From Minisyncoccota bacterium (GTDB taxonomy: Bacteria; Patescibacteriota; Minisyncoccia; Phycocordibacterales; DATDWN01), in contig JBAZZC010000003.1 of assembly GCA_041658985.1 (NCBI GenBank), positions 10,540 through 74,539 of the forward strand: a stretch of DNA of 64,000 nt, written 5' to 3'. Position numbers and translations under genes: made by a program. This document shows, in pieces, positions 24,502 to 34,647 of this stretch. Numbering within the stretch: position 1 is the first letter of the stretch; the number at the start of each line of letters is the position of its first letter. A model generated the notes under the pieces. It searched no databases, was not told where the DNA came from, and saw nothing but the letters and a program-made list of their open reading frames with translations.

Positions 24502-25197
24502 ATGAGTAATGAACTAAAAATTCCAAATTGTGTTGGTATTATTATGGACGGTAACCGTCGCTGGGCGGAATCAAAGGGCAAGCCTAGGATAGAGGGACAT
24601 CGTTCCGGAGGGGAAAAGTTAAAAGAAGTGACTAAATGGGTAAAAGAAGCTGGTATAAACCACCTTGTTTTGTATACATTTTCTAATGAGAATTGGAATC
24701 GCTCACCCGAGGAGGTTTCTTACATGCGTGATTTAATGGGGAAATATCTTACTGAAGAATTGAGTCATTTTAATAAAGAGGGGGGTATTTTGCGTTGTAT
24801 CGGAGACCTCTCTCGTTTTCCGGCAGACCTGCAAGAAAAATTAAAACATGTGGAAAAAGAAACAGCGGGTAATCCTGGTCCTCACATATATCTAGCTTTG
24901 AGTTATGGTGGCCGACAAGAAATCATTCATGCAGTAAAAGAAATAGTAAAGGAAAATCCAAAGGTAGAGGATGTGACCGAAGAATATTTTGCAAAACATT
25001 TACAAACTTATCCTATGCCTGACCCGGATATTATTATTCGTACTTCGGGAGAAATGCGTTTGTCCGGATTTTTGCCGTGGCAAGGGGTTTACAGTGAATT
25101 ATTTTTTGTAAAAACTCTTTGGCCTGATTTTTCCAAGGAAGAATTTGTAAAAATTATTGAAGAATATGGTAATCGTGACCGGAGGATTGGAAAATAG
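24502..25197 (+). CDS. uppS: Isoprenyl transferase (undecaprenyl diphosphate synthase)
   Basis: GIIMDGNRRWA motif and a C-terminal RTSGE motif. Confidence 0.9.
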   Translation: MSNELKIPNCVGIIMDGNRRWAESKGKPRIEGHRSGGEKLKEVTKWVKEAGINHLVLYTFSNENWNRSPEEVSYMRDLMGKYLTEELSHFNKEGGILRCIGDLSRFPADLQEKLKHVEKETAGNPGPHIYLALSYGGRQEIIHAVKEIVKENPKVEDVTEEYFAKHLQTYPMPDPDIIIRTSGEMRLSGFLPWQGVYSELFFVKTLWPDFSKEEFVKIIEEYGNRDRRIGK

Positions 25198-25205
25198 TAT
25201 TTAGA

Positions 25206-25928
25206 ATGGAAATAGAAATTTTATATGAGGATGAAAATGTTGTGGCAGTGAATAAACAGGCGGGTCTTATTGTGCATGGAGACGGGAAGACTGACGGGCT
25301 GACTCTGGTAAATTGGGTTTTGAAAAAATATCCTAAAATAAAAGAAGTTGGTGAACCCGGAAGAAATGCAAAAGGGGAAATAATTTTTCGTCCGGGTATT
25401 GTTCATCGATTGGACCGAGAGACCTCAGGGGTTATGCTAATTGCAAAAAATCAAGAATCTTTCGAAAATCTAAAAAAACAATTTCAAAATCACGAAATTA
25501 ATAAAATTTATCATGCTTTTGTTGTGGGGGAGATGAAAACTATGCAGGGAAAAATTGAAAGACCCATTGGCCGAAGTTCAAAAGATTTTAGGATGTGGTC
25601 TGCCCAAAGAGGAGCAAGGGGAGAAATGAGAGAGGCAATTACTGATTATCGAGTGATATCTAAAACGTTAGGATATTCATTTGTAGAGGTTTCTCCAAAG
25701 ACCGGCAGGACCCATCAAATAAGGGTGCATTTTAAGGCGATCAGCTATCCTTTGGTTTGTGACTCCCTATATGCTCCAAAAGGCCAAAATACTCTTGGTT
25801 TTAATCGCTTAGCCCTACATGCGTACCAAGTTACTTTTACAGACTTAAAGGGAAAGTTACATACAATAACAGCACCATACCCAGATGATTTTAAAAAAGC
25901 CTTACTTTTATTGCAAAGCCCGAAGTAG
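25206..25928 (+). CDS. RluA family pseudouridine synthase
   Basis: Catalytic motif HRLDRETSGVMLIAK. Confidence 0.8.
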   Translation: MEIEILYEDENVVAVNKQAGLIVHGDGKTDGLTLVNWVLKKYPKIKEVGEPGRNAKGEIIFRPGIVHRLDRETSGVMLIAKNQESFENLKKQFQNHEINKIYHAFVVGEMKTMQGKIERPIGRSSKDFRMWSAQRGARGEMREAITDYRVISKTLGYSFVEVSPKTGRTHQIRVHFKAISYPLVCDSLYAPKGQNTLGFNRLALHAYQVTFTDLKGKLHTITAPYPDDFKKALLLLQSPK

Positions 25929-25963
25929 TGTGTTAGTCTGTTATTCGTTATCATAAAAAACAA

Positions 25964-26410
25964 ATGACGCCACCAAAACCCAAAGAAACGATAGAGAAAA
26001 TAGTCTTAGCGCCGGTTAAGGCCGAAGATCGACAAAAGCTGGATATCCGTTCGGGCGATACTGTTCGTGTGTGGCAAAAGATTATTGAAAAGGGAAAAAT
26101 CAGATTGCAGGCATTTGAAGGTTTAGTTATAGCTGTTAAGCATGGTAAAGAGGATGGCGCAACATTTACAGTAAGACGGGTAGCATCGGGAGTTGGGGTT
26201 GAGAAAATTTTTCCTCTATATTCTCCAATGATTGATTCTGTTGAAACACTCAAACGTTCAAAAGTAAGACGAGCGAAACTTTATCATATTCGCGAAAAGG
26301 CGGCCAAAGAAATTCGTCGACAAATGAGAAACATTCGTGCTCTACCAGACAATACTCCAAGTGCGGACGAAGTTGTTGAGGAAGTAGTGGCAGAAACTCC
26401 AATCGAATAG
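25964..26410 (+). CDS. rplS: 50S ribosomal protein L19
   Basis: [28 protein letters not shown] ... [21 protein letters not shown] matches L19. Confidence 0.85.
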   Translation: MTPPKPKETIEKIVLAPVKAEDRQKLDIRSGDTVRVWQKIIEKGKIRLQAFEGLVIAVKHGKEDGATFTVRRVASGVGVEKIFPLYSPMIDSVETLKRSKVRRAKLYHIREKAAKEIRRQMRNIRALPDNTPSADEVVEEVVAETPIE

Positions 26411-26517
26411 AAAATAAAAAGCATCCGAAAAATAATATCTTTTGAATAGTTATGTTTTATAAAATATTTTTATAGGTCAGTCGGTACTGGTTTATATTTA
26501 ATAGGTCTATTTTTCTT

Positions 26518-26539
26518 ATCATACGATATATCGTATGAT
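26518..26539. promoter_or_regulatory. Perfect 22-bp palindrome ATCATACGATATATCGTATGAT, 9 nt upstream of the HTH gene
   Basis: Self-complementary. Identical copy at 26937-26958. The core TACGATATATCGTA also occurs at 59159-59184. Confidence 0.6.
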
Positions 26540-26548
26540 ATAAATACT

Positions 26549-26935
26549 ATGCCTCACATATCAAAACAATTTTTAGAAAAGAAGAAGTTTCAAGATATCC
26601 ATAGCCAGTTATTTAAAGTTATTAATATGCTTGTGAGAGAAGGAAAGACAACGGCGATTTTAAATGAACTTTTTACAAAGACAGAAAAATTAATGCTTGC
26701 AAAAAGACTAGCTATTATATTTATGTTGGATCAAAAAGAATCATCTTATGCCATATCAAATATTCTTAAGGTAAGCCAATCAACTGTTGCACTAATGTCA
26801 CTTAAACAAGAAAATGGGAAATATTCGGATATAATAAAAGAAATGAGGAAGCAAAATAATTTTTGGATACAACTTCAGAAAATTATTCCACCACGTGTTG
26901 GCAGAAATCGTTTTAAGAATTTTCTTCAGTTCTAA
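26549..26935 (+). CDS. TrpR/YerC-YecD-like helix-turn-helix DNA-binding protein
   Basis: 128 aa with HTH-like region KRLAIIFML ... SYAISNILKVSQSTV. Exactly bracketed by identical palindromes. Confidence 0.45.
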   Translation: MPHISKQFLEKKKFQDIHSQLFKVINMLVREGKTTAILNELFTKTEKLMLAKRLAIIFMLDQKESSYAISNILKVSQSTVALMSLKQENGKYSDIIKEMRKQNNFWIQLQKIIPPRVGRNRFKNFLQF

Positions 26936-26936
26936 T

Positions 26937-26958
26937 ATCATACGATATATCGTATGAT
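26937..26958. promoter_or_regulatory. Second copy of the 22-bp perfect palindrome, 2 nt after the stop codon
   Basis: ATCATACGATATATCGTATGAT. Confidence 0.6.
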
Positions 26959-27073
26959 ATTATATGTATAAAGGAATAAACGACATGTCTATATTAAAGA
27001 GAAAAAAGTTGAAAATCAATGAATCTTTAAGTACTATTGGAATATCTCGGGTTTGAGAGTGTCGTCATTTAAA

Positions 27074-27158
27074 GCGCGAGTGGTGAAATTGGCATACACG
27101 CTAGCATGAGGTGCTAGTGCCGTAAGGCGTGGAGGTTCAAGTCCTCTCTCGCGCACCA
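27074..27158 (+). tRNA. tRNA-Leu (anticodon GAG), with encoded CCA
   Basis: GCGCGAGTGGTGAAATTGGCA..., anticodon loop ATGAGGT, a long variable arm, and 3' CTCGCGCACCA. Confidence 0.85.
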
Positions 27159-27220
27159 ACAGAGATGTTGCTTTTTGTCTCCAGTGCTACAATATAAACA
27201 TTACAATTTAACCTAAAACC

Positions 27221-27976
27221 ATGTACTACGCACTCGGAATTATAATTGTTTTGCTTTTACTTTCTCTTCGTGTAGTCAAAGAGTATGAACGAGGGGTGAT
27301 TTTCTTTCTTGGTAAATGCACCGGAATTCGTGGGCCAGGACTCATCATTCTTATTCCAATTTTGGAAATGATGACACGGGTACAACTCCGAACCATCACC
27401 ATGGCTATTCCATCTCAAAAAATTATTTCGAAAGATAACGTTTCTATTGATATTGCGGCGGTGGCTTATTATCATGTTGTTGACCCAATCAAAGCGACAG
27501 TCGCCATTGAAAATGTTTACGATGCTGTAAACCAGATAAGTCAAACAACTGTTAGAAATGTTGTTGGGCAGTTCCAGCTTGACCAACTTTTATCACAGAC
27601 AAGTCAAATCAATATGCAGATAAAAAATGTTATTGATGAACACACCGAGCCTTGGGGTGTACAGGTTACAGCCGTGGAAATAAAAGATATTGTTTTACCT
27701 GATAACATGCAGAGAGCTATGGCAAAGGAAGCGGAAGCGGAGCGAGAAAGAAGAGCAAAAATCGTAGCAGCCCAGGGTGAGTTTCAAGCAGCGGTTAAAC
27801 TTGGTGAGGCTGCAGATATTATGTCTATGCATCCAGTGGCACTTCAACTGCGTACACTTCAAACAATGGCTGAAATAAGTGTAGAGAAAAATTCAACAAT
27901 TATTTTTCCCGCACAATTTATGACAACAGTCAGTGAGGCTATATCAATGATAAAGGCAGATAGTAAAAATAAATAA
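27221..27976 (+). CDS. SPFH/Band 7 (stomatin-like) membrane protein
   Basis: N-terminal transmembrane helix, a PHB domain, and a C-terminal coiled coil (AKEAEAERERRAKI). Confidence 0.8.
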   Translation: MYYALGIIIVLLLLSLRVVKEYERGVIFFLGKCTGIRGPGLIILIPILEMMTRVQLRTITMAIPSQKIISKDNVSIDIAAVAYYHVVDPIKATVAIENVYDAVNQISQTTVRNVVGQFQLDQLLSQTSQINMQIKNVIDEHTEPWGVQVTAVEIKDIVLPDNMQRAMAKEAEAERERRAKIVAAQGEFQAAVKLGEAADIMSMHPVALQLRTLQTMAEISVEKNSTIIFPAQFMTTVSEAISMIKADSKNK

Positions 27977-28028
27977 TCAACAAGGTATACTACTCTTGTA
28001 AGGAGACAACGGATAAATAATAAAAATC

Positions 28029-28580
28029 ATGTTATATACGAGGAAAGGAGATCAGGGTGACACATCAACATTTGGTTGTGACCAAAGAATTTCAAAAAGT
28101 TCAGCAATAGCTGAAGCTTTGGGTTCTATGGATGAAATTAATTCTTTTCTCGGTATTTGTAAAATAAAATCAACCGAAAAAAATCTTAAGCTTGGTGATA
28201 AAAATATTAGTGACATTGTGCATGATATTCAACAAACACTTTTCATAATTCAAGCAGAATTGGCTGGTGCCGACAAAAAGGTAGCAGAAGAAAAAGTTTT
28301 AGAAATTGAGGGTTTGATAGGAGAGATAGAAAAATTGCTTCCACCAATAAAATCCTTTTTTATTTCGGGGGGAACAGAACTTGGGGCCACATTTGATGTG
28401 GCTCGGACTATTGCCAGGAGGGCAGAGAGGCGAGTGGTGCAGGTGATAGAAGAGGGAACCCGACCCGTTGGTCCAAATACAAAAAAATACATGAACCGAT
28501 TATCTAGTATTCTCTATGCTCTAGCTAGACTTTCTAACCACTTGGGTGGTATAAATGAGGAGTCTCCAAGTTATAAATAG
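28029..28580 (+). CDS. Cob(I)yrinic acid a,c-diamide adenosyltransferase, PduO type
   Basis: MLYTRKGDQGDTS N-terminus; the ~180 aa helical bundle length fits PduO-type enzymes. Confidence 0.75.
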   Translation: MLYTRKGDQGDTSTFGCDQRISKSSAIAEALGSMDEINSFLGICKIKSTEKNLKLGDKNISDIVHDIQQTLFIIQAELAGADKKVAEEKVLEIEGLIGEIEKLLPPIKSFFISGGTELGATFDVARTIARRAERRVVQVIEEGTRPVGPNTKKYMNRLSSILYALARLSNHLGGINEESPSYK

Positions 28581-28601
28581 TGTTATAATTCAGGAGTTAA
28601 T

Positions 28602-28673
28602 GGTGGCTATGGTGTAGCGGTAACACAGAAGCTTGTGGAGCTTTTATCTCCGGTTCGACCCCGGATAGCCACC
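28602..28673 (+). tRNA. tRNA-His (anticodon GTG) with G-1
   Basis: G + GTGGCTA acceptor pairing with TAGCCAC + C73. Anticodon loop TTGTGGA. Confidence 0.8.
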
Positions 28674-28677
28674 CAAG

Positions 28678-28773
28678 ATGACGGGAACTTATTTTCAAGG
28701 AAATAGTTTACATCCTCAACATATTTCAGTTGGGGCCGTTTTAGTCAATGAAAAGGGTGAGATTTGTGGATAA
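28678..28773 (+). pseudogene. Truncated Nudix hydrolase N-terminal fragment (31 codons)
   Basis: MTGTYFQGNSLHPQHISVGAVLVNEKGEICG* resembles the start of a Nudix fold but stops before the Nudix box. Confidence 0.3.
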
Positions 28774-28781
28774 CTATGGAC

Positions 28782-28811
28782 TTGACTTATAATACCCCCT
28801 GGGGGTATAAT
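28782..28811 (+). promoter_or_regulatory. Promoter TTGACT-18-TATAAT with the CsoR-type operator ATACCCCCTGGGGGTAT in the spacer
   Basis: -35 at 28782-28787. A perfect 17-bp GC-rich palindrome at 28792-28808 overlaps the -10 at 28806-28811. Matches the known CsoR operator pattern (TACCC..GGGTA). Confidence 0.65.
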
Positions 28812-28840
28812 GATCATGTTATCAAATAATTAATAAATAT

Positions 28841-29062
28841 ATGATGTACTATTACAGCAACTTCCTTCCGTTTTCTTTTTTTGGACCAGTACTTATGGTT
28901 CTATTTTGGGTTTTAGTTATTTATTTAATTATTTCTCTCCTTAGGAGAACACCACACCATTACGAAGGTAATAATGCAGTAGAAATATTGAAGGAAAGAT
29001 ATGCCAGGGGTGAAGTCACCAAGGAACAATTTGAAGTAATAAAAAAAGATTTACAAAAGTAA
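28841..29062 (+). CDS. SHOCT domain membrane protein
   Basis: Transmembrane helix plus a C-terminal ILKERYARGEVTKEQFEVIKKDL SHOCT motif. Confidence 0.75.
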   Translation: MMYYYSNFLPFSFFGPVLMVLFWVLVIYLIISLLRRTPHHYEGNNAVEILKERYARGEVTKEQFEVIKKDLQK

Positions 29063-29067
29063 TCATA

Positions 29068-29178
29068 TGAATCCCGTACGAAATTTATGTTATTTGTCTT
29101 ACGGGATAAATATTAGTAAATAATAGTTAATAAAAAATAAAGGTGAATAAATAGCTTTTATTTCGTACGGGATGAATT
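29068..29178. promoter_or_regulatory. Three ATCCCGTACGGGAT-type (CGTACG-core) sites between SHOCT and csoR
   Basis: TGAATCCCGTACGAAAT (29068-29084), TTACGGGAT (29099-29107), and ATTTCGTACGGGATGAATT (29160-29178, overlapping the csoR ATG). The outer sites are mutual inverted repeats. Confidence 0.5.
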
Positions 29179-29435
29179 TACCAAAACAAAAACTTATTCG
29201 TCGACTAAAAATAATTGAAGGACAGGTTCGTGGACTTCAAGAAATGATAGAGAAAGACGTTTATTGTATTGATATCATCACTCAAACATCAGCCGTTAAA
29301 CAGGCACTTTCAGGTATTGAGGATGTTTTAATGGAAAGTCATTTAGAAACTTGTTTAGTACACCAAATTAAAAAAGGCAAAGAAAAACAAGCAACGGGAG
29401 AAATGCTGAAAGTTTATAGGTTAAAAAGAAAATAA
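29172..29435 (+). CDS. csoR: CsoR/RcnR family metal-sensing transcriptional repressor
   Basis: [28 protein letters not shown] with Cys/His ligands at the conserved positions. Confidence 0.85.
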   Translation: MNLPKQKLIRRLKIIEGQVRGLQEMIEKDVYCIDIITQTSAVKQALSGIEDVLMESHLETCLVHQIKKGKEKQATGEMLKVYRLKRK

Positions 29436-29437
29436 CT

Positions 29438-31732
29438 ATGAGTGATACAAAAACTTACCGAATAAAAGGTATGCACTGTGCGTCATGTGCAAATATTATA
29501 GAAAAGACTTTCAGAAAAATTGAAGGTGTTTATCATGCCGAAGTAAATTATGGTACTGAAAAGACAAAAGTTTCTTTTGATGAGACAAAAACTAATCCTC
29601 ATCATCTTTCAAAAAAAATTGAACCACTTGGTTATTCTTTGATTATTCCGACAGCGGAGTCCATGGGGATGTCGGAAAGTGAACATGCGAAGCATCTTGG
29701 ATTAAATCAGTCAAAGCAGGAAAAATTAGCAGAGGTAAAAAGTATGAAAAATAAAGTTTATTCTATTTTACCTTTGGCTGTTATAAGTATTATCATAATG
29801 AGTTGGGATATTTTCTCCCAATTTGGATTAGTTAATGAGCCCTCATTCTTTTGGAGAAATATTTTTCAATATCTTCTTCCTTTGATGGCAGTGATTACAT
29901 TTGCAGTTTTGGGAAAGCCATATTTACTGGGTGTGTATCGTTTTGCGCGTTATGGCAAAGCAAACATGGATACCCTTATAGGTGTAGGAACGTCGGTGGC
30001 TTTTATATATAGTGTGATTGTTACTTTTTTTACAGAAAGTCTAAAATCATTTATAAATGTTTCCAGTGTATATTTCGACGTTACTATTATAGTTATTACT
30101 TTTATAGCTCTAGGAAAATATTTAGAGGCTCGTTCAAAAATAAAAACAGGAGATGCTATAGAAAAGCTTCTGAATCTTCAAGCCAAGACGGCTTTAGTAA
30201 TTCGTGAGGGGGTAGAAATAGAAGTACCAATAGACCAAGTTGTTCACGGTGATTTAATAATAATAAAACCAGCAGGAAAAATTCCTGTTGACGGCGTTCT
30301 TGTTTCAGGAAGTTCTTATGTAGATGAGTCAATGGTTACAGGGGAACCAATGCCTGTTTCTAAAAAAATTGGTGATAGTGTTGTTTCTGGAACAATAAAT
30401 ACAAATGGGACATTTACGCTCAAGGCGACAAAAATTGGTTCGGAAACCATGCTTGCTAGAATCATAAAAATGGTTGAAGAAGCACAAGGAAGTAAGGCTC
30501 CTATTCAAGCTCTTGCTGATAAAATATCAGGGGTTTTTGTGCCCATTGTTCTGGTTATTTCAGTTCTTTCTCTAATTTTGTGGCTTAGTATAGGTTCACA
30601 ATATTTAGGGTTTTCACAAGCACTTTCATTTGGTCTGGTTTCTTTTGTTGGTATTCTTGTTATCGCTTGTCCGTGTGCTCTAGGACTTGCAACACCGACA
30701 GCAATTATTGTTGGAGTAGGAAAGGGGGCGAGTGAAGGAATATTGATTAAAGATGCTGGAACATTAGAAAAATTAGGAAAAGTAAATGTGGTTGTGGTTG
30801 ATAAGACGGGAACATTAACCTATGGAAAACCAGAGCTTACATCAATACAAAATTTGTCTAACAAAACGGACAATGAACTCGTTTCGGTCTTGGCTTCATT
30901 AGAAAAAAGTTCTGAACATCCGATTGCTCATGCAGTTGTTTCATACGCAAATGAAAAGAAAATTGAACTTAAGTCAGTAAGTGCGTTTGACGCCATTAAG
31001 GGTAAGGGGATACAAGGTGAGATTGATGGAGTAAAATATTATGCGGGCAATACAAAACTGATACAAGATTTAGGCTTATCATTTGATACAGAATTATTTG
31101 AGAGAGAAACGATTGAAGGAAAAACTCCTATCATTGTTGCTATAAATGAGAAAGTTTTGGGTGTGGTAATGGTGGCAGATGCAATTAAACCAGAAGCGGT
31201 TGAGGCTGTAAAAAATCTTCACAAACTTGGAATAAAAATAGTAATGCTTACTGGGGATGATAAAAATACCGCGGAATTTATCGCCAAACAGGTTGGTATT
31301 GATGAAGTGGTAGCAGAGGTCATGCCTGAGGACAAATTGAATAAAATTAAGGAACTTCAGTCTCAAGGTAAGATAGTTGCTATGGCCGGAGATGGGGTCA
31401 ATGATGCTCCAGCCTTAGCCCAGGCAGATGTTGGTATAGCAATGGCCACGGGAACTGATGTGGCTATAGAAAGCGCTGGAATTACTCTTCTCCATGGAGA
31501 TATATCAAAACTTGTCAAGGCAATCAATTTATCAAAAATGACAATGCGGGGTATTAAACAAAATTTATTTTGGGCCTTCATATATAATATAGTTGGTATT
31601 CCGCTCGCTGGTGGATTATTTTATCCCATTTTCGGATGGATGTTGTCACCAGTTTTTGCGGGGTTCGCTATGGCTATGTCTTCTGTGTCTGTGGTAGGCA
31701 ACTCACTTCGCTTAAAGACAAAAAAATTATGA
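29438..31732 (+). CDS. copA: Copper-translocating P1B-type ATPase
   Basis: N-terminal HMA motif (MHCASCA), a CPC transmembrane motif, DKTGTLT phosphorylation site, and GDGVNDAP. Confidence 0.9.
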   Translation: MSDTKTYRIKGMHCASCANIIEKTFRKIEGVYHAEVNYGTEKTKVSFDETKTNPHHLSKKIEPLGYSLIIPTAESMGMSESEHAKHLGLNQSKQEKLAEVKSMKNKVYSILPLAVISIIIMSWDIFSQFGLVNEPSFFWRNIFQYLLPLMAVITFAVLGKPYLLGVYRFARYGKANMDTLIGVGTSVAFIYSVIVTFFTESLKSFINVSSVYFDVTIIVITFIALGKYLEARSKIKTGDAIEKLLNLQAKTALVIREGVEIEVPIDQVVHGDLIIIKPAGKIPVDGVLVSGSSYVDESMVTGEPMPVSKKIGDSVVSGTINTNGTFTLKATKIGSETMLARIIKMVEEAQGSKAPIQALADKISGVFVPIVLVISVLSLILWLSIGSQYLGFSQALSFGLVSFVGILVIACPCALGLATPTAIIVGVGKGASEGILIKDAGTLEKLGKVNVVVVDKTGTLTYGKPELTSIQNLSNKTDNELVSVLASLEKSSEHPIAHAVVSYANEKKIELKSVSAFDAIKGKGIQGEIDGVKYYAGNTKLIQDLGLSFDTELFERETIEGKTPIIVAINEKVLGVVMVADAIKPEAVEAVKNLHKLGIKIVMLTGDDKNTAEFIAKQVGIDEVVAEVMPEDKLNKIKELQSQGKIVAMAGDGVNDAPALAQADVGIAMATGTDVAIESAGITLLHGDISKLVKAINLSKMTMRGIKQNLFWAFIYNIVGIPLAGGLFYPIFGWMLSPVFAGFAMAMSSVSVVGNSLRLKTKKL

Positions 31733-32754
31733 AAAACGTAACTTATACATTTCATGTGGAGGGTATGCACTGCAAATCATGCAGTTTAGTAATTGAACAG
31801 GAACTTTCTGACTTATCATATGTAGAATCAGTTCAGGTGAACGGACACAAACACACAGTAACAGTCACGGGTGATTTTGAGGGTGTACCACAAGAAGAAT
31901 TAGCAAAAGACTTTTCTGTTTTACTTGCTTCACAGGGGTACACTTTTTCAGTGGAGAAAAAGGAAATCATTAAAAATTGGAGCGATTTCAAAATTGCTAT
32001 ACCGGTAGCATTGGGGTTTGTTGCGTTGTTTGTACTATTGCAAAAAATAGGGATTGTAAATATTGTAGATGCAACAAAAATGACATACGGTACTTCTTTT
32101 ATGGTTGGTATTATTGCTTCTCTTTCATCTTGTGCCGCAGTTGTTGGAGGTCTCCTTCTTTCTATGTCTGCCACTTTTGCAAAAGAAGGAGATAGGTTTA
32201 AGCCACAGTTTATGTTTCATGGCGGACGCCTTATTTCCTTTTTTGTCTTCGGAGGAATAATTGGCTTAATTGGTTCGGCTTTTACATTGAGTATTAGCGC
32301 ATCATTTACCCTTGGAATAATAATCGGTTTGGTGATGTTGATTCTAGGAATTAATCTTCTTGATGTTTTTCATTTCACAAAAAGATTTCAACCAGCAATG
32401 CCAAAATTTCTCTCTAAACATGCACTTGGTGTTTCAAAATTAAATCACGCAGCTACGCCATTTTTGGTGGGAATAGTTACATTTTTCTTGCCATGTGGTT
32501 TTACCCAATCAATGCAAATATACACTCTCTCCACCGGCAATTTTCTTTCGGGTGGGTTGACTATGCTGGTTTTTGCCTTGGGTACATTACCAGTACTTGC
32601 CTTAATTAGTTTCAGCTCATTCAATATTAAAAATAGTTCAAAATCTAGTGTATTCTTTAAATCTGCTGGACTTATTGTTATAATGTTTGCTTTATTTAAT
32701 ATTATTAATAGTTTAGTGGTTGTCGGAGTTATTCCGCCAGTTTTCAGTTTCTAG
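31729..32754 (+). CDS. Heavy-metal-associated domain fused to a polytopic membrane protein (putative metal permease, CcdA/TauE-like)
   Basis: Start moved to MKNV, overlapping the copA stop as ATGA. HMA motif GMHCKSC; transmembrane Cys motifs SSCAAV and FLPCGF. Confidence 0.55.
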   Translation: MKNVTYTFHVEGMHCKSCSLVIEQELSDLSYVESVQVNGHKHTVTVTGDFEGVPQEELAKDFSVLLASQGYTFSVEKKEIIKNWSDFKIAIPVALGFVALFVLLQKIGIVNIVDATKMTYGTSFMVGIIASLSSCAAVVGGLLLSMSATFAKEGDRFKPQFMFHGGRLISFFVFGGIIGLIGSAFTLSISASFTLGIIIGLVMLILGINLLDVFHFTKRFQPAMPKFLSKHALGVSKLNHAATPFLVGIVTFFLPCGFTQSMQIYTLSTGNFLSGGLTMLVFALGTLPVLALISFSSFNIKNSSKSSVFFKSAGLIVIMFALFNIINSLVVVGVIPPVFSF

Positions 32755-32766
32755 TAGAATAAATAT

Positions 32767-33156
32767 ATGAAAGGAATCACTATATCAATAATAATTGCTG
32801 TTGGTCTTATCGGTGCAGTTCTTATTCTTGGAAAAAACAAATCTGGACCAGGAGAGGGTATTCCCGTTAATAATGTAACTATAGTAGATGGAAAACAAAT
32901 TATTGAGATACAAGCCAAAGGAGGATATTCTCCTAGAAAAAGTGTGGCCAAAGCCGGTATACCGACGATTATTCGTTTTAATACAGCAGGAACTTTTGAC
33001 TGTTCTTCTTTTGTCCGTATTCCGAGTATGAATATAAGTCAAAATCTTTCTCAGTCTGGTACTACAGACATAGATCTGGGTAGTCCTACAGTTGCTATCT
33101 TACAAGGAATGTGTGGAATGGGGATGTATCCCTTTGAAATAAATTTTACAAACTAG
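32767..33156 (+). CDS. Membrane-anchored cupredoxin-like copper-binding protein
   Basis: N-terminal transmembrane helix, a beta-rich domain ending in the Cys/Met-rich GMCGMGMYPFE. Sits in the copper operon. Confidence 0.5.
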   Translation: MKGITISIIIAVGLIGAVLILGKNKSGPGEGIPVNNVTIVDGKQIIEIQAKGGYSPRKSVAKAGIPTIIRFNTAGTFDCSSFVRIPSMNISQNLSQSGTTDIDLGSPTVAILQGMCGMGMYPFEINFTN

Positions 33157-33196
33157 TTTTTGGAGTTTGATATTAATACTGTTATAATAAACTCTT

Positions 33197-33721
33197 ATGA
33201 AACAGGAATTTTCTGTGCACCTTGAGACCAAAAAATATCAAACTCGTTATCGTGCGGAGTTTATTACTATTACAAAAGATGTTGAAAAAGCGATAGAAAA
33301 AGCTGGTATAAAAAGAGGAACTGTATTAATTCAAACCCTTCACACAACTTGTGGTATATGGGTGAACGAAAATGAAAAAAATCTTATAGGCCCATCAGAA
33401 GAGCTTGGCTACACGTCTGATTTAAGGAAGGTTTTGGACAATTTTGCTAATCCTGCTTTGGAGTATGGTCATAATGACGTTCGTGATGGAAAAAATGTCA
33501 ACGGGAAACGTAATACGCATTTGTGTGAGCCGGATGAAAATGGAGTAATTCATGAATGTATAAATGGCCATGCCCACGCCCAGGCCTTTTTGGTTCACCC
33601 GTCAATTACGCTTATTGTGGAAGATGGAAAACTTTTGCGAGGTAGTTGGCAAGAGATAATGCTTGTTGAACTAGATCACGACAGAGAAAGAACTGTTTCT
33701 TTTCTTGTGTCTGGTCAATAA
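33197..33721 (+). CDS. YjbQ family secondary thiamine-phosphate synthase (UPF0047)
   Basis: QTLHTTCGIWVNENE ... HECINGHAHAQAF motifs. Confidence 0.7.
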   Translation: MKQEFSVHLETKKYQTRYRAEFITITKDVEKAIEKAGIKRGTVLIQTLHTTCGIWVNENEKNLIGPSEELGYTSDLRKVLDNFANPALEYGHNDVRDGKNVNGKRNTHLCEPDENGVIHECINGHAHAQAFLVHPSITLIVEDGKLLRGSWQEIMLVELDHDRERTVSFLVSGQ

Positions 33722-33726
33722 CTTTT

Positions 33727-34647
33727 ATGATAGATAATATTTTAATCACTGAAAAATCAGTTGACTACGAACTGCTCGATAGTGGCGAGGGGGAAAAATT
33801 AGAGAGATATGGAAAGGTTGTTCTTTCTCGTCCAGACCCACAAGCCATCTGGTCAAAGTCATTACCTGAATCAGAATGGAAAAAAGCTGATGCCGTCTTC
33901 AGTCGTGTCGGTACAACAGGGAAATGGGAAGTAGTAGCTAGTAGTAAGCATCTAGCATCTAAAGGGGGGTTTTGGAACATTCAATTAGATAACTTAACTT
34001 TTCAGTTACAACTTTTACCTTCAAAACATATTGGAGTTTTTTCAGAACAGAGTGAACAGTGGAAATGGCTAGAGGAAAAAATTGTTTCCCGTATTTCGCC
34101 GGAGCGAAGCGAAGGCAACAAAACATATAAGGCGCAAGCTACGACAGTTCTGAATTTATTTGGTTACACGGGTGGTGCCAGTTTGGCTTGCGCCAGGGCT
34201 GGAGCAGAAGTTTGTCATGTAGATAGTTCAGAATTTGCTGTTGATTTGGCTCATACTAATATGAAACTTTCTGGCCTTTCGGATAAAAAAATAAGATTTA
34301 TTGTTGATGATGTCAGAAAATTTGTGGAAAGAGAAATAAAAAGAAAGAAAAAATACGACGTAATTATTTTAGACCCACCTATTTATGGTAAGGGCACGAA
34401 AAAAGAAGTGTGGAAGGTTGAAGATGACTTGTTGCCTTTTTTGCTTCACCTAAAAAATATTATTTCAGATAATCCATTAGCTATCGTTCTAAATGGTTAT
34501 GCTTCAAATTATTCTAGCATCACCTACGTTCAATTACTTGAAACTTTAAAATTAAAAGGCAAAATTACTCACGGTGAATTGGCTATAAAGGAATCATCAG
34601 CTGGTAGGCTCTTGCCTTGCGGCATATTTGCTCGTTGGGAACAGTAA
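33727..34647 (+). CDS. Class I SAM-dependent rRNA methyltransferase (RlmI/YccW-like), carrying a 52-bp in-frame repeat insertion
   Basis: PUA-like N-terminus, SAM-binding motif LNLFGYTGGASLA, and ILDPP. The ISPERSEGNKTYKAQATT segment is encoded by the repeat shared with ruvA. Confidence 0.75.
   Translation: MIDNILITEKSVDYELLDSGEGEKLERYGKVVLSRPDPQAIWSKSLPESEWKKADAVFSRVGTTGKWEVVASSKHLASKGGFWNIQLDNLTFQLQLLPSKHIGVFSEQSEQWKWLEEKIVSRISPERSEGNKTYKAQATTVLNLFGYTGGASLACARAGAEVCHVDSSEFAVDLAHTNMKLSGLSDKKIRFIVDDVRKFVEREIKRKKKYDVIILDPPIYGKGTKKEVWKVEDDLLPFLLHLKNIISDNPLAIVLNGYASNYSSITYVQLLETLKLKGKITHGELAIKESSAGRLLPCGIFARWEQ
34096..34147 (+). repeat. 52-bp GC-rich in-frame repeat (copy in the rlmI-like gene)
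   Basis: TCGCCGGAGCGAAGCGAAGGCAACAAAACATATAAGGCGCAAGCTACGACAG; 50 of 52 bp identical to the reverse complement of 17522-17573. Confidence 0.8.

Noticed and set aside
31636-31728. The track start at 31636 gives a 93-nt N-terminal extension of the HMA-membrane gene that overlaps copA.
   Set aside because: The HMA domain begins at MKNV (31729), which overlaps the copA stop as ATGA. The extension lies inside copA coding sequence.
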